A model generated the notes under the pieces. That model worked only from the letters and a program-made list of their open reading frames with translations, searched no databases and was not told where the DNA came from. The translations under genes were made by a program, and so were the position numbers. Positions 11,455-22,334 of a stretch of DNA of 64,000 nucleotides are shown piece by piece; position 1 is the stretch's first letter, and every line of letters starts with the position of its first letter. The DNA is from a virus (taxonomy: Duplodnaviria; Heunggongvirae; Uroviricota; Caudoviricetes), in IMG/VR virus record IMGVR_UViG_3300027125_000001. One strand, 5' to 3'.

Positions 11455-13641
11455 ATGGCATGTATTGTTAATTTTACGGATCTATCTTCGTTAGCGTCTT
11501 TGTCCTCATCGGCCCAGATGTTGATTTATCGTGATAATGGCCAGCCAGGGGCAGATGGATTTGGTCGAGTTACATTGTTGAATTTAAATAATAGTCTGCC
11601 TCTATTTTCGTTAGTTAGTTCTAATTCTAGCTTTTGGGCCGGCGGGTCGCAGGCATTTGTTACGACGTATGACGAACTCATAGCAGCTAAAAACAACTCA
11701 TCAATTCAGACTATAATTCTAGGCAAAGATATTTCCTTTAGCGCGCCGGGCAATCTTTCAATTCCAGCGCGATGTTCTATCATTTTTAATGGATATAAGT
11801 TCATCAGAACAGGTTTAACTATTTTGTTTATCGAGGGCGAGGTGGTAGCCCCTCGGGTGCAAATATTTAGCAACTGGCCGGCTAGTACTATAAAAGGCAC
11901 AATGAGAAATAGTGAAATATTTCCGGAGTGGTGGGGTCTACAGGGGTCTACAGTGCACGACGGTAGACATGATATTGCAATAAATTGCGCTATTCGTACA
12001 TCAGATCCGTCCTTTAGTATCGGCAGAACTATCAGCTTTGCTGCTGGTATTTATTATGTCGGAAGGCCGCTAGATGCTACAGAATTAGCAATTCGATTTA
12101 AGGGTGCTGGTTCTAATGCTACTAAAATAATCGCATCCAAATTATGGACATCTGATACTTGGCAACCAACGACCCGATTCAGATTTTGGAGTAATTTCAT
12201 GAAATACAGCGGGACTACCAACTTTACTGCTGCATGTTCTGTCCCTGGTGGCACTAAATTAATTACCCCAACCGGTGGCTCATTTGAATTTTTAAGCGGC
12301 GGCCAGGCACGCATAACAAATTCGCCACTGTATAACGGCACCCATACAGTTAGCGGTACAACAGCAGCAGTGGCATTAACATCAATAGTTCTTTCTGGGA
12401 CTACATTTGTAGGTACAACTACAGGATTCGCCACACCAATCACATTAGATACTGAAATGGAAACAGCCAGCTGTGCTTCTTCTCTATTTTGGATTGGGGG
12501 TGGAAACGGGAGCTACTGGTCTGGGGTAGCTCCGATGTCTGGTGGGGGCGGGGCGCGATACTGGAGTGGTGTAGAAGGCATGACCATCGTTGCTGCGGAG
12601 GCTACAATTAATAATCCAACTAAAAGAATTAGCGGAATTTCATGGAAACATAATGTCGAAGAGAATACTATTATCCGTGATGTGGATATTCAGTATTTTT
12701 CCGGCATGGGAATTGGCGGCGGCATGTATGACACTTGGCGTAATGCTGGCGACGCGACGAAACAAGATGGTGGTATTATCAATGGATTGCAAATTCAGAA
12801 TTTCTGGATTAAAGAAGCAACCCGTCGTGGAGCGATACCTATCTTTATTAATAAAAATACATCAGTTTGTAATATTAAAACTGGGACAATAGATTGTTCT
12901 ACCACATCAGCAGCGCTAACTGCATCTTTCCCATACATAAGAACTTGGCCATTATTTGGAATATTAATTTATCAAGGTGACGGGGTGTCTGTGGACAGCG
13001 TCCATTTCGAGGGCATGGGCACTGGTATTCATATAGGAACAACAAACGATGGAGGTTCAATGACCAGACTTGCTTCATTGGAGAGCGAACGATTGATGGA
13101 CTTTGGTGTGACTGATACAGACAGACAAGCTTTAATTCCACTGTCATCCAAGATAGTGCCTTTAGCTACACAAATGACCCAGCAATCTTTTGGATACCTT
13201 AATCACTTATCTTCTGTTAATAATGGATTTTTCTCTGATTTAGGTTCTTACCTATTTAGATATAGTGCATTAGTTACAATCGGTACTTCATTTGAATATG
13301 CCGCATTTATCAGTACATATCCTAATAATCAGTTTTCGACTATCGATATAACTAACCTAGCAGGCTATACTCAATATCTTTTGAGAGATTTACAATATGG
13401 CATTGATATCCCTGGGTATGGGGGTGGCGGCAGCAATTATGCGGAGTACAACAGCCGAATTTGTCGATATTCGAGAGGAATTGCATATGTTCCTGCTTCT
13501 ACTGCACCTGGGGTGTATCCTCCGTCTGGATCCGGTCAAGTTTTCAATGGATATAGGCAATCAACGAGTTCAGGCACATGGATTACTAACGCCAAACCAG
13601 TAGGTTCTTGGGAGAAAACATATTACCAATTAATTTTATAA
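11455..13641 (+). CDS. tail-spike-like protein (Gly-rich, possible parallel beta-helix)
   Basis: ORF frame open from 11368 and overlapping the upstream gene; first ATG after the upstream stop at 11455 chosen; Gly-rich GGG(N/A)xxYWSGV repeats, structural-block context. Confidence 0.4.
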   Translation: MACIVNFTDLSSLASLSSSAQMLIYRDNGQPGADGFGRVTLLNLNNSLPLFSLVSSNSSFWAGGSQAFVTTYDELIAAKNNSSIQTIILGKDISFSAPGNLSIPARCSIIFNGYKFIRTGLTILFIEGEVVAPRVQIFSNWPASTIKGTMRNSEIFPEWWGLQGSTVHDGRHDIAINCAIRTSDPSFSIGRTISFAAGIYYVGRPLDATELAIRFKGAGSNATKIIASKLWTSDTWQPTTRFRFWSNFMKYSGTTNFTAACSVPGGTKLITPTGGSFEFLSGGQARITNSPLYNGTHTVSGTTAAVALTSIVLSGTTFVGTTTGFATPITLDTEMETASCASSLFWIGGGNGSYWSGVAPMSGGGGARYWSGVEGMTIVAAEATINNPTKRISGISWKHNVEENTIIRDVDIQYFSGMGIGGGMYDTWRNAGDATKQDGGIINGLQIQNFWIKEATRRGAIPIFINKNTSVCNIKTGTIDCSTTSAALTASFPYIRTWPLFGILIYQGDGVSVDSVHFEGMGTGIHIGTTNDGGSMTRLASLESERLMDFGVTDTDRQALIPLSSKIVPLATQMTQQSFGYLNHLSSVNNGFFSDLGSYLFRYSALVTIGTSFEYAAFISTYPNNQFSTIDITNLAGYTQYLLRDLQYGIDIPGYGGGGSNYAEYNSRICRYSRGIAYVPASTAPGVYPPSGSGQVFNGYRQSTSSGTWITNAKPVGSWEKTYYQLIL

Positions 13642-13942
13642 TATAGGTGGCAATAAAATAAAGACACCCGGTAAATAGGTTATATGGGGATTGAAGAAAT
13701 AGTCCGAACTGCATGGCGACATGTAGAAGCAAAGTTTAAACGGCTTTGCGATAACAATACTTGCTGCTGCGCAGGGTTATCACGGCCCATATCGGGTGAA
13801 TTCAAGGGACAACTCTTCGGAGTCAATCTTGAGCCAACTCTAATAAAAGTCCCAGTATTATTAGAAAGGTGCAGAGACTAGATGGTGAGCCGACTTAGCA
13901 ATACTCTATCCACGAGCGCCCGACAATCCCCATTATAATTTT

Positions 13943-14743
13943 ATGCCGACATTTAGCGAATCTATTACATCAATTGACCCGCGCATCTGTGCAGGCAATA
14001 CCCTGTCGACAATTAATCAAAATTTTGCGTTGCTTGATTACAAGCTAACCAATATTTCTCTATCGGCTGATTTATATTGGAATGCTTTATACACAATAGC
14101 CAAAGAGACTTCCAGCACATGGGCGGATGTTGCAACTGTTGTAAAATCAAACTCTGCAAATTGGAACGATGCGTATACCACCGTATCTTCATATAGTGCT
14201 TGTTGGTTAAGACCAATATCTCTTATTTTCCCATTGACACCAGATAATAATGCCATTAATCAAACTACATTCATTAACAGCATTTCATCGTGGTTAAATT
14301 CTAACTTCCCTGTTACGGCTACTATTGATTCGAATACAGTAACGAATTATTGCAAAGGCCAAGAAATATTTGTCTTTACATTGGGGTTCTATAAAGATCT
14401 AGAAACAATCGCACCAGATACAAGATACCTGACAGCTAAGTGCCGAGCTGCTGTTACCTGGAGCTATCGTAGCTGCAGTATTCGAGGTCGTTGCGTAACT
14501 AATACAAGAACAGTAATCGGCCATGACCGCAATAACGTGGCAAGCAGACGCGATAATAAAGCTACAGGATTTGATGCAGCAGGAGGCACCTCGGTATCAT
14601 TATTAGCGCAAATTGCAGGTCTTGAAAATCTGAATTCATCTATAGTGAATTACATTCCAGCCGTTTACCAAAATTACTATAAATTTGTAAACAATAGCGG
14701 ATCTCGCTGGCAGTATGTTACGACCACTCCTTTAAGTAGCTAA
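13943..14743 (+). CDS. hypothetical structural protein
   Basis: 266-aa ORF, start within 2 nt of the next structural gene (operon-like). Confidence 0.35.
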   Translation: MPTFSESITSIDPRICAGNTLSTINQNFALLDYKLTNISLSADLYWNALYTIAKETSSTWADVATVVKSNSANWNDAYTTVSSYSACWLRPISLIFPLTPDNNAINQTTFINSISSWLNSNFPVTATIDSNTVTNYCKGQEIFVFTLGFYKDLETIAPDTRYLTAKCRAAVTWSYRSCSIRGRCVTNTRTVIGHDRNNVASRRDNKATGFDAAGGTSVSLLAQIAGLENLNSSIVNYIPAVYQNYYKFVNNSGSRWQYVTTTPLSS

Positions 14744-14744
14744 C

Positions 14745-17360
14745 ATGTCATGTTCGTATCCACAAATTAAAGACACTGAAAGCGCAGGTTCGGCCATTGT
14801 GCTTATCAATGATCATTTTAAGTGGATAGATAAACAAACGGGTGTTATATACACACAGACAAAAAAAATATCTGAAGCTGTTCCGATTCTGCAGGATATT
14901 GTAGCAACAACTGCATATTTGCTTGATACATCTACAGGTAAAGAAAAATACAAATCGTTAAACGATATGGTGTCGATAACCAGATCGACTTCATGTTTCG
15001 CAGTAAAGCCTGTAACAGTATTTTGCCCAATCAAAATAACAGACCGGTCCACCTTCGCAACAACTATTTCAAAATGGCTCGAAACTACGTTTCCAGCAGA
15101 ATCTGCAGACTGCCGTTTGAATGATTTATATGTATTTGCATTAAGACAATATGCAGATGAAACAAATAGACCGAATCCTATCCTGGCACCGTATTTTGTA
15201 TCCAAATTTAATGCGGTTAACAATAACGAAAGATTCTTAATGGGTCGATTTATCAAGACAGGATACCCCATACTCAAATGGGAATACTGGCCTACAATGA
15301 ATCCTTTTTATTGCCCAGAGTCCGTCATTGAGGTTTGTGAACCAGAACCAGAAGGTTTTAGCTATTATTATAAATTTGCATCTTGTTCAGTTCCTGGTCT
15401 TGCTTTTTATTCATCTAATGATTATAGCCATTTAGTAGGTCTTGGGGTTGTTCTGGACAAATACCCAGATCAAAGATTCTTAGTAAGTAAAGTATCGGTT
15501 GCAGATAAAGCAATCACTACAAATCTTAATCCTATTTTCACAACAAAGAAAGGTTGTAGTGATACTTGTTATATCCTAACCAATACGTTTACTCAGGAAA
15601 AAATCGTAGCAACAAATGATGAATTCCAATTTTATGCTGGATCTGATACTACAGTGCAAATAGATGGTCTTGCTGGTGACTGGACTGTAGTAGCATCATC
15701 TGAAGATTGCGAATGTGGGTGTGAATATAGAATCAATAGAGCAGCACCCGTTATAATCAAATTGACAAATTGCTGTTGGAAATATCAGCCATGCCCAGAT
15801 GTTGTTAACGGAACTCTTCGAAAAGAATTATTTGTCATTGATAATAAACGCATTTTAATCCCAGGCAAGGCTGTTACTCTTGCAGAGTATCCAGGAGTAA
15901 GATGGTATATTGAAAAGGTAGTTTACGATAATCAGCAGATAACAGAAGAGTATACTGTTGTAGATCTTTATGAAGATTGTAATTCACAAGAAATCCCAAA
16001 ACCTAAAGATACACTGCTTTACAAATTAACACCGTCGTGTTTTAATACATCAAAGACTGTATTGTATTCTAAGAATCCATTACTCAAACCATATCTAGGA
16101 TCTGTCGTATATATCAATCTCGATAATCGAAATTACTATTATGTGTCGATAGTTCCTCAAACATCCCAGTTGATTGAAAATGTCACCATAATAGATGTAT
16201 ATCAATATGGATATGAATTACCAGAATATCAAGCAGGCGAAAAAATAAAACAAGCCACTGTTCTATTCTCTGTATCTGCACTGCCTGATTACAGCGTTAG
16301 AGGTGCCGAGTATTATGTTCGTCCTAATATCAACTATACTAATAAGCCAGTAGAAACATGTAAGCGCAGATATTCATTTTGGAATATTGCCGTTGCTAAT
16401 GTATTAAGCTCACAAACATTTGCCGCTGATGCCCAAAAATCAAGAAGCTGGAATTTTAACTATGTTGAAAATTATTCGAAAATATTAGATGAATGGTATG
16501 TAGGGGATTCGTGGTTTAATTTTGCAAACGATCAATTAGACGAATTAGCATCCATTGTAATGGGTAAAACTGCATCAGAGACCGATACATACCTAAAAGA
16601 AAATAATCTCTATTTTGAAATTGAAGTCGAGTTTAAAAGGTATCGCAAAACATTGAGAGGTTCAAGAAACCAATTATACGGAGAAGAAACAGATTCAATT
16701 GCTTATATCGGTCCGGTTACATTATATCCAGCAACTATAACCAATGCTAGTGTTGGATTTGGTGATTGTGGTGAAATTTTAGTTATGCAAATGTGCGGCT
16801 CTACTATCAAATACGGGGTAGATGCAGCAGATGGATTTGTATACAGCGGTCAGTATCTTATTTATAACGGTGAATATTACGCCGTTACATATGGATTGCG
16901 CTCAGATATCGCTACCATCATAACCCTGACAACAGGAAATACTACTATCATCGATAGCGCAACATATAACTCGTATTGCAATGATGTCTTGATTACGCCA
17001 ACCGCCACACCAACAGCCACGCCAGTTGTACCAATTGTACCAATTGTGCCTACAATCCCAACGACGATACCGTCAATAACATACGATACTAGCAATACTT
17101 TAGCTGCACTTTACTTCACAGTACCATATGATGGCGGATCGCCGATCACAATATACCAATACACACTAAGTGATCCACTTGATCCTTATACAATTTGGAC
17201 AGATGCAGTGGAGACTGAACCTCCTCTACTTATTGATGTAGGAAGCTATGGTGTATACACGATTTACGTCCGCGCAGTAAATGAGGTTGGTCCTGGCGGA
17301 TACACATCAGTAGAAGTAACTACATCACCGTCGCCGACACCTACCCCGACGCCCGTGTAA
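14745..17360 (+). CDS. structural protein with Pro/Thr-rich linker and FN3-like C-terminal domain
   Basis: 871-aa ORF; C-terminal TPTATPTATPVVPIVPIVPTIPTT linker followed by a ~90-aa beta-sandwich-like segment ending SPSPTPTPTPV. Confidence 0.45.
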   Translation: MSCSYPQIKDTESAGSAIVLINDHFKWIDKQTGVIYTQTKKISEAVPILQDIVATTAYLLDTSTGKEKYKSLNDMVSITRSTSCFAVKPVTVFCPIKITDRSTFATTISKWLETTFPAESADCRLNDLYVFALRQYADETNRPNPILAPYFVSKFNAVNNNERFLMGRFIKTGYPILKWEYWPTMNPFYCPESVIEVCEPEPEGFSYYYKFASCSVPGLAFYSSNDYSHLVGLGVVLDKYPDQRFLVSKVSVADKAITTNLNPIFTTKKGCSDTCYILTNTFTQEKIVATNDEFQFYAGSDTTVQIDGLAGDWTVVASSEDCECGCEYRINRAAPVIIKLTNCCWKYQPCPDVVNGTLRKELFVIDNKRILIPGKAVTLAEYPGVRWYIEKVVYDNQQITEEYTVVDLYEDCNSQEIPKPKDTLLYKLTPSCFNTSKTVLYSKNPLLKPYLGSVVYINLDNRNYYYVSIVPQTSQLIENVTIIDVYQYGYELPEYQAGEKIKQATVLFSVSALPDYSVRGAEYYVRPNINYTNKPVETCKRRYSFWNIAVANVLSSQTFAADAQKSRSWNFNYVENYSKILDEWYVGDSWFNFANDQLDELASIVMGKTASETDTYLKENNLYFEIEVEFKRYRKTLRGSRNQLYGEETDSIAYIGPVTLYPATITNASVGFGDCGEILVMQMCGSTIKYGVDAADGFVYSGQYLIYNGEYYAVTYGLRSDIATIITLTTGNTTIIDSATYNSYCNDVLITPTATPTATPVVPIVPIVPTIPTTIPSITYDTSNTLAALYFTVPYDGGSPITIYQYTLSDPLDPYTIWTDAVETEPPLLIDVGSYGVYTIYVRAVNEVGPGGYTSVEVTTSPSPTPTPTPV

Positions 17361-17418
17361 CTCAGCAGAATAATTTAGAGTGAAATAGAATATATTGAAT
17401 ATAATTTAATATACTATC

Positions 17419-18672
17419 ATGTCTAGTCGCATTTTTATTCAGATAGCGTCGTATAGAGACCCTCAATTGCGCCATACCCTTAAATCGTGTATCGACAATT
17501 CAAAATTTCCTGAAAATTTAGTATTTGCAATCGCACGGCAATATCATCCTGCGGACAAATTCGATGATTTGAGTGAGTATAAAAACGATACTCGCTTTAA
17601 AATTATAGATATTCCATATGAACAATCAAAGGGTGTGTGCTGGGCGCGCAATTCAGTACAGCAACTTTATGATTCGGAAGAATATACTTTGCAAATTGAT
17701 TCTCATATGCGGTTTGAAAAGAATTGGGATTTCGAAATGATAGAAATGATAGAAGATTTAAAGAAAAGAGGATATAAAAAACCTCTATTAACCGCATATG
17801 CGTCATCATTTAATCCCGCCAATGACCCTGAGGGAAGAGTGCGTGTGCCTTGGCGAATGTCATTTGACAGATTTTCCCCAGAAGGTGTTGTATTCTTCGT
17901 GCCGGAGGTGATGCCTGATTGGGAAAAACTAAAAGAACCAGTCCCCGCAAGATTTTACTCCGCTCATTTTTGCTTCACGTCTGGCGAATTTGCAAAGGTA
18001 GTACAACATAACCCCGATTACTATTTTCACGGAGAAGAAATTTCAATAGCAGCAAGGGCGTATACTCACGGGTATGATTTGTTTCACCCACATCGGGTAT
18101 TGATATGGCACGAATATACGAGAAAAGAAAGAACAAAGCATTGGGACGATGATAAAAAATGGGCCGAAAAGAATATTAAATCACATGCCACCAATCGCAA
18201 ACTGTTTGGTATAGACGGCATCACGCAAGAAGGTCATGATGGTGTATACGGATTTGGCAAATCAAGAACTCTGAGAGATTATGAAAAATATGCAGGTATT
18301 CTTTTTGAAAAAAGATCTGTACAGAAGCATACTTTAGAAAAACATAATCCACCAGACCCAACTGAGTATATCAGTGAGAAATTATGGCTCGATAGCTTTA
18401 AATCGATTTTTAAGCATTGTATTGATATTAGTTGCAGTCAGTTCGCCGAAGACGATTATGATTTTTGGTCGATTACATTCCACAGCACAAATAACGACGT
18501 CCTTTATCGCAGCGATGCCAATATAGATGAAATCGCATTAATGCGAAGAGATCCCGACGGGTATTGTAAAATATGGCGCGAATTTTCAACAGACACAAAA
18601 CCCGCATATTGGGCTGTTCATCCTCATTCAAAATCAAAAGGATGGTGTAGAAGAATAATAGGTAAATTGTAA
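17419..18672 (+). CDS. putative glycosyltransferase (GlcNAc-transferase-like GT-A family)
   Basis: N-terminus IFIQIASYRDPQLRHTLKSC resembles the Glyco_transf_GlcNAc family start; DxH/DSH-like motifs present; family assignment from memory only. Confidence 0.4.
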   Translation: MSSRIFIQIASYRDPQLRHTLKSCIDNSKFPENLVFAIARQYHPADKFDDLSEYKNDTRFKIIDIPYEQSKGVCWARNSVQQLYDSEEYTLQIDSHMRFEKNWDFEMIEMIEDLKKRGYKKPLLTAYASSFNPANDPEGRVRVPWRMSFDRFSPEGVVFFVPEVMPDWEKLKEPVPARFYSAHFCFTSGEFAKVVQHNPDYYFHGEEISIAARAYTHGYDLFHPHRVLIWHEYTRKERTKHWDDDKKWAEKNIKSHATNRKLFGIDGITQEGHDGVYGFGKSRTLRDYEKYAGILFEKRSVQKHTLEKHNPPDPTEYISEKLWLDSFKSIFKHCIDISCSQFAEDDYDFWSITFHSTNNDVLYRSDANIDEIALMRRDPDGYCKIWREFSTDTKPAYWAVHPHSKSKGWCRRIIGKL

Positions 18673-18730
18673 CTAAAATTGGAAAAGAATTTTGATTTGA
18701 ATATGTATACCTGCTGTTCTAAATAGCATC

Positions 18731-19459
18731 ATGGATATCGTACAATATGAAGAATATTTAAAAGAAAAAAATATTCATGTCATACCATCTAGCTATTGGG
18801 AATCCGACTATCCCAATTCTTTCACGCTCATAAAACCTTTTGACCCCACAGTATTTCAAAAAAATTATAATTCGTCTTATATCGACTCTAAGCACACCTT
18901 TAATATTACGTTTTTATTCCAAAAGGAAGAATATTACGACACTAGCGACACTTTGGCGCTGATTAAATATATTTTAAAATCAGGCTTATCTCAAAAATAT
19001 ACAGTCACATTTAAATTCAATTACGATCCGCATCCTAATATTGTAAAAACTATGCCAATTGCTAATATTAGATATATTGGCAAGCTTCCGACAGAGGAAT
19101 ATTATGGACTGTTACAAAATAGTCATTTAATTTGTTCTAATCATCGTACTAATTATTCTGGTAGGTATCTAGCAGAAGCCGCTATGTTTTCTGTGCCGAT
19201 TTTATCATCCCCTTCTGGAGGCAGTATGCAATTTTTGACTGACGACAATAGCTTGTTTTTCAAGACCAAGAATATGGATGGTCCTGAAAATTTTGTGCCT
19301 TGTGAAGAATGTTACGCAGGATTGTTTGGCGTTGTTGAGAAAAATTATAATAACCTGATTCGATTCGCTTATAGGTGTCGTGCGGTGGTTTCGCGATTAT
19401 ATTCGCAGTCATATTACACAGACACCCTAAAATATATTCAGGAGGCAACAGAATTATGA
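18731..19459 (+). CDS. hypothetical protein
   Basis: 242-aa ORF, no motif recognised. Confidence 0.4.
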   Translation: MDIVQYEEYLKEKNIHVIPSSYWESDYPNSFTLIKPFDPTVFQKNYNSSYIDSKHTFNITFLFQKEEYYDTSDTLALIKYILKSGLSQKYTVTFKFNYDPHPNIVKTMPIANIRYIGKLPTEEYYGLLQNSHLICSNHRTNYSGRYLAEAAMFSVPILSSPSGGSMQFLTDDNSLFFKTKNMDGPENFVPCEECYAGLFGVVEKNYNNLIRFAYRCRAVVSRLYSQSYYTDTLKYIQEATEL

Positions 19460-20109
19460 AATATATATTTTTCGGATTACCAACTTACATGTCCGACCGA
19501 ATATTAAACATATTTGGATCACTAAGCAATGTGGCTAGTTCTACTAATATTATTGGTACTCCGGCAGAATCATTAGATGTTGGTACTGTTATCAATATCA
19601 AAGAGAGAATCAAAGCATCTCCGCATACAGCAGTATATCTACCAGCATATCCTCTCAATATGTTGCCTGTGTTTTCAAAGTTGCCTCCTGGAGATTTTCG
19701 ATATACATTGATTTATTTGAAATATAGCATTTATGATTATATTCTATACAAGACCATTGAATCAATGCAAAGTGCATCTTTGTCTCTTCAGGATATTAAT
19801 CGGTTTATTTTGACGAATGATTCGCATGTAAGAAGTTGGAAATCTCAATTCGAACAAGCAAGCAGAACTGGTGTTTTTGATTTGTCGTTTGCTCTTCAAT
19901 TTGATGTAGCGAGATACGTTAAAGATCCATCCAAATACATTAAGGAATTTACGGATGTATCGGAATCTGTTATTAGTGGATCTGTGGCAAACAATAAAAT
20001 TGATAATCCTCTTTATCTGAATAGATATAATGTACCTGAACACTATTATAACTCGACCAAAGACATCATGCTTGGTGATAATACATTACAACATATACTA
20101 GAACTCTAA
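19457..20109 (+). CDS. hypothetical protein
   Basis: ORF listed from 19375; start moved to ATG 19457, which has a GGAGG spacing upstream and avoids an 80-nt overlap. Confidence 0.4.
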
Positions 20110-20588
20110 TGCCTCTTACTATTCCAAAATTTCAACGTAACGCAGACGCCATCGTGGCATATGTCCAACAACCGCATATAGCAGAACTTTTTAGACCAAG
20201 AGAAGGTCATCTTTCTCACGGAGATACCTATGGCCATAGCTCACGATTCTCTAGTCTTCTAAGTGAAGACATGCCAAAAGAATTAGTTAATTTAATCTTT
20301 TCAGGGGGCGGATGGGATGAAGACCTGAAGGACTTCTATCAGTTTATTCAAATTCAACGTTACATGCCGGGCGATTATATTGCACCACACCAAGACAAGT
20401 ATGCAATTAAAAAATTGCATCTCGTATGCCTTACCACAAGTCAAAGTAACGGATTCTACGTCTTTGAGGACGATCGTTTGCACCGCATAGACGACGAAGC
20501 GGGTGCAAAAATCGAATTTGAATACGACGCCGTGCACTTTGTACCCACTTGCAATTATGAAAGATATTCATTAGTTATAGCCGAATAA
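20109..20588 (+). CDS. hypothetical protein, possible 2OG-Fe(II) oxygenase fold
   Basis: H-x-D (APHQDK) and a distal His (AVHFVP) about 70 aa apart, as in P4H-like dioxygenases; weak. Confidence 0.25.
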   Translation: MPLTIPKFQRNADAIVAYVQQPHIAELFRPREGHLSHGDTYGHSSRFSSLLSEDMPKELVNLIFSGGGWDEDLKDFYQFIQIQRYMPGDYIAPHQDKYAIKKLHLVCLTTSQSNGFYVFEDDRLHRIDDEAGAKIEFEYDAVHFVPTCNYERYSLVIAE

Positions 20589-20593
20589 AGATT

Positions 20594-21070
20594 ATGGATA
20601 ATAACTTATACGCCCTTTTCAATAAAACAAATAAAAAATTTGTATGCTTTTCTATTGGTAGTGAAAATTTGCCACCCGGCTCATTATATCGAAAGATTGA
20701 AATAGAGGGAGGCTTTAATCTAGACGCATACGAATGGATAGGAGATTATGATGATGGCCAATTTGTAGACAAAAGCCAACAGCCGTTTAAGATATCGGAA
20801 GTCGATTTGCAAAAGCAAATGTATGATGTCTTTTTCCGAAAATTCGAACCAGTATACGTATTGATGAATATTATCAACACCTTACTGATCCAATACGAAA
20901 AAGACCAATTGCCTTGGGTGGATGAGCCAATGGAAGAAATGTTGCAATTTTACCGAAAGCTCCTTATTAGAACAGAAACGGATGCTAAGTTTTACCAGAA
21001 TTCAAAATTCCATACATATGTAACTAAGCAGCAGATAGAGGATGACTTCCAGTCTCGTTTGGAGAACTGA
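20594..21070 (+). CDS. hypothetical protein
   Basis: 158-aa ORF, tightly packed in a + strand operon. Confidence 0.4.
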   Translation: MDNNLYALFNKTNKKFVCFSIGSENLPPGSLYRKIEIEGGFNLDAYEWIGDYDDGQFVDKSQQPFKISEVDLQKQMYDVFFRKFEPVYVLMNIINTLLIQYEKDQLPWVDEPMEEMLQFYRKLLIRTETDAKFYQNSKFHTYVTKQQIEDDFQSRLEN

Positions 21071-21525
21071 TGAAAAAATACGCACAATTCAAACAAGGAG
21101 TATATAAACCACTTAACAGGGCGAAGTGCACAAACTCTGGTAATATTATCTACCGTAGTTTTCTGGAAAGAAAATTTATGATCTGGTGTGATAAGAACGC
21201 CAATGTCATTGAATGGGGCTCTGAGAATGTGATAGTCCCGTACGTTTCTCCTATTGATAATGCAGTTCATCGTTATATCGTCGATATGTACGTTAAAGTC
21301 CGCGAACGCGATAAGATCTGCAAATACCTCATTGAAATCAAGCCTTATAAGCAAACCATTCAGCCTACTATTACTAAAAAGAAAAAAGAATCAACTATCA
21401 TTCATGAGCATGCAACATGGGTGGTAAACAATGCCAAATGGGAAGCAGCAAAAGGCTTTGCAAACAAGTACGGCATGAAATTTATTATCATCACAGATAA
21501 AGATTTGGATAATACGTGTAAGTAA
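21070..21525 (+). CDS. hypothetical protein (possible TnsA-N / restriction-endonuclease-like fold)
   Basis: YRSFLERKFMIWCDKN...VIEWGSE...IVPYVSP...YIVDMYV pattern resembles small phage nuclease-fold proteins; low confidence. Confidence 0.25.
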   Translation: MKKYAQFKQGVYKPLNRAKCTNSGNIIYRSFLERKFMIWCDKNANVIEWGSENVIVPYVSPIDNAVHRYIVDMYVKVRERDKICKYLIEIKPYKQTIQPTITKKKKESTIIHEHATWVVNNAKWEAAKGFANKYGMKFIIITDKDLDNTCK

Positions 21526-21531
21526 TTTTAC

Positions 21532-22269
21532 ATGTCCAAGAAAAAGCGACTTCGGCACCCCGAAGAAACTGATGAGCTTGCCAGAGTATATTTTGGCAGG
21601 GAAATTGACGGTCTAAATTTTAAAATCTATTGCAAATTTGATTTCAACGAAACACACAAAAGATTTTTACAGCTATTAGACGATGTAGACACAAAAATGG
21701 TCATGGTAGATGGCCCCGCTGGATCAGGTAAAACATATCTATCTGTTCTTGCAGGACTAAAGCACCTATCACAGAGACACTTCGAAAAAATTGTATATAT
21801 TCGAAGCATAGCAGAATCCGCAGCGAAAAGTATTGGATCATTGCCTGGTGAATTGGATGAAAAATTCAAACCATGGTCAATTCCGTTAATGGAAAAATTA
21901 TCAGAGCTAATTGATCGCACTACTATCGCAAATTTAATGGAAGACAATAGAATCGAGTGTGTTCCTGTTAACTTTGTAAGAGGCATGACATTCCACGATA
22001 GCTTTGTCATTATTGACGAAGCTCAGAATCTTGACTTCAAAGAATTGACCAGTTGTTTAACACGATTTGGTAACAACACTCAATATGTTGTTATTGGAGA
22101 TGCCAAGCAAGCCGACATCGGCGAGCGTTCTGGATTTACACGTGCTACAAAGGCTTTTGCTGATGTTGAATGTATCGAAAACGGTATTTATTCGTTCAAA
22201 TTTACTGAGGATGATATTGTTCGTTCTGCAATCCTTAAACTCATAGCACGCAAGCTAGGAGCTGTATAA
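21532..22269 (+). CDS. phoH: PhoH-like ATPase
   Basis: Walker A VDGPAGSGKTYLSVLAGL, Walker B VIIDEAQN, 245 aa, typical phage PhoH architecture. Confidence 0.7.
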   Translation: MSKKKRLRHPEETDELARVYFGREIDGLNFKIYCKFDFNETHKRFLQLLDDVDTKMVMVDGPAGSGKTYLSVLAGLKHLSQRHFEKIVYIRSIAESAAKSIGSLPGELDEKFKPWSIPLMEKLSELIDRTTIANLMEDNRIECVPVNFVRGMTFHDSFVIIDEAQNLDFKELTSCLTRFGNNTQYVVIGDAKQADIGERSGFTRATKAFADVECIENGIYSFKFTEDDIVRSAILKLIARKLGAV

Positions 22270-22281
22270 TAACGCAATGAT

Positions 22282-22312
22282 GGCACGATAACCTAGCTAA
22301 AGTTATCGTGCC
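22282..22312. terminator. candidate bidirectional hairpin between convergent genes
   Basis: 11-bp perfect inverted repeat GGCACGATAAC/GTTATCGTGCC with 9-nt loop between phoH (+) stop and the stop of the minus-strand gene. Confidence 0.4.
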
Positions 22313-22334
22313 ATCCTATAGTTATCGTTCTGTA

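Noticed and set aside
703-15277. Many 60-150-aa ORFs antisense to or nested within the giant structural genes (for example 703..906, 6119..6574, 9023..9376, 12054..12443, 14813..15277)
   Set aside because: They are fully embedded in much longer, clearly coding frames on the other strand. They are typical six-frame noise in AT-rich DNA.
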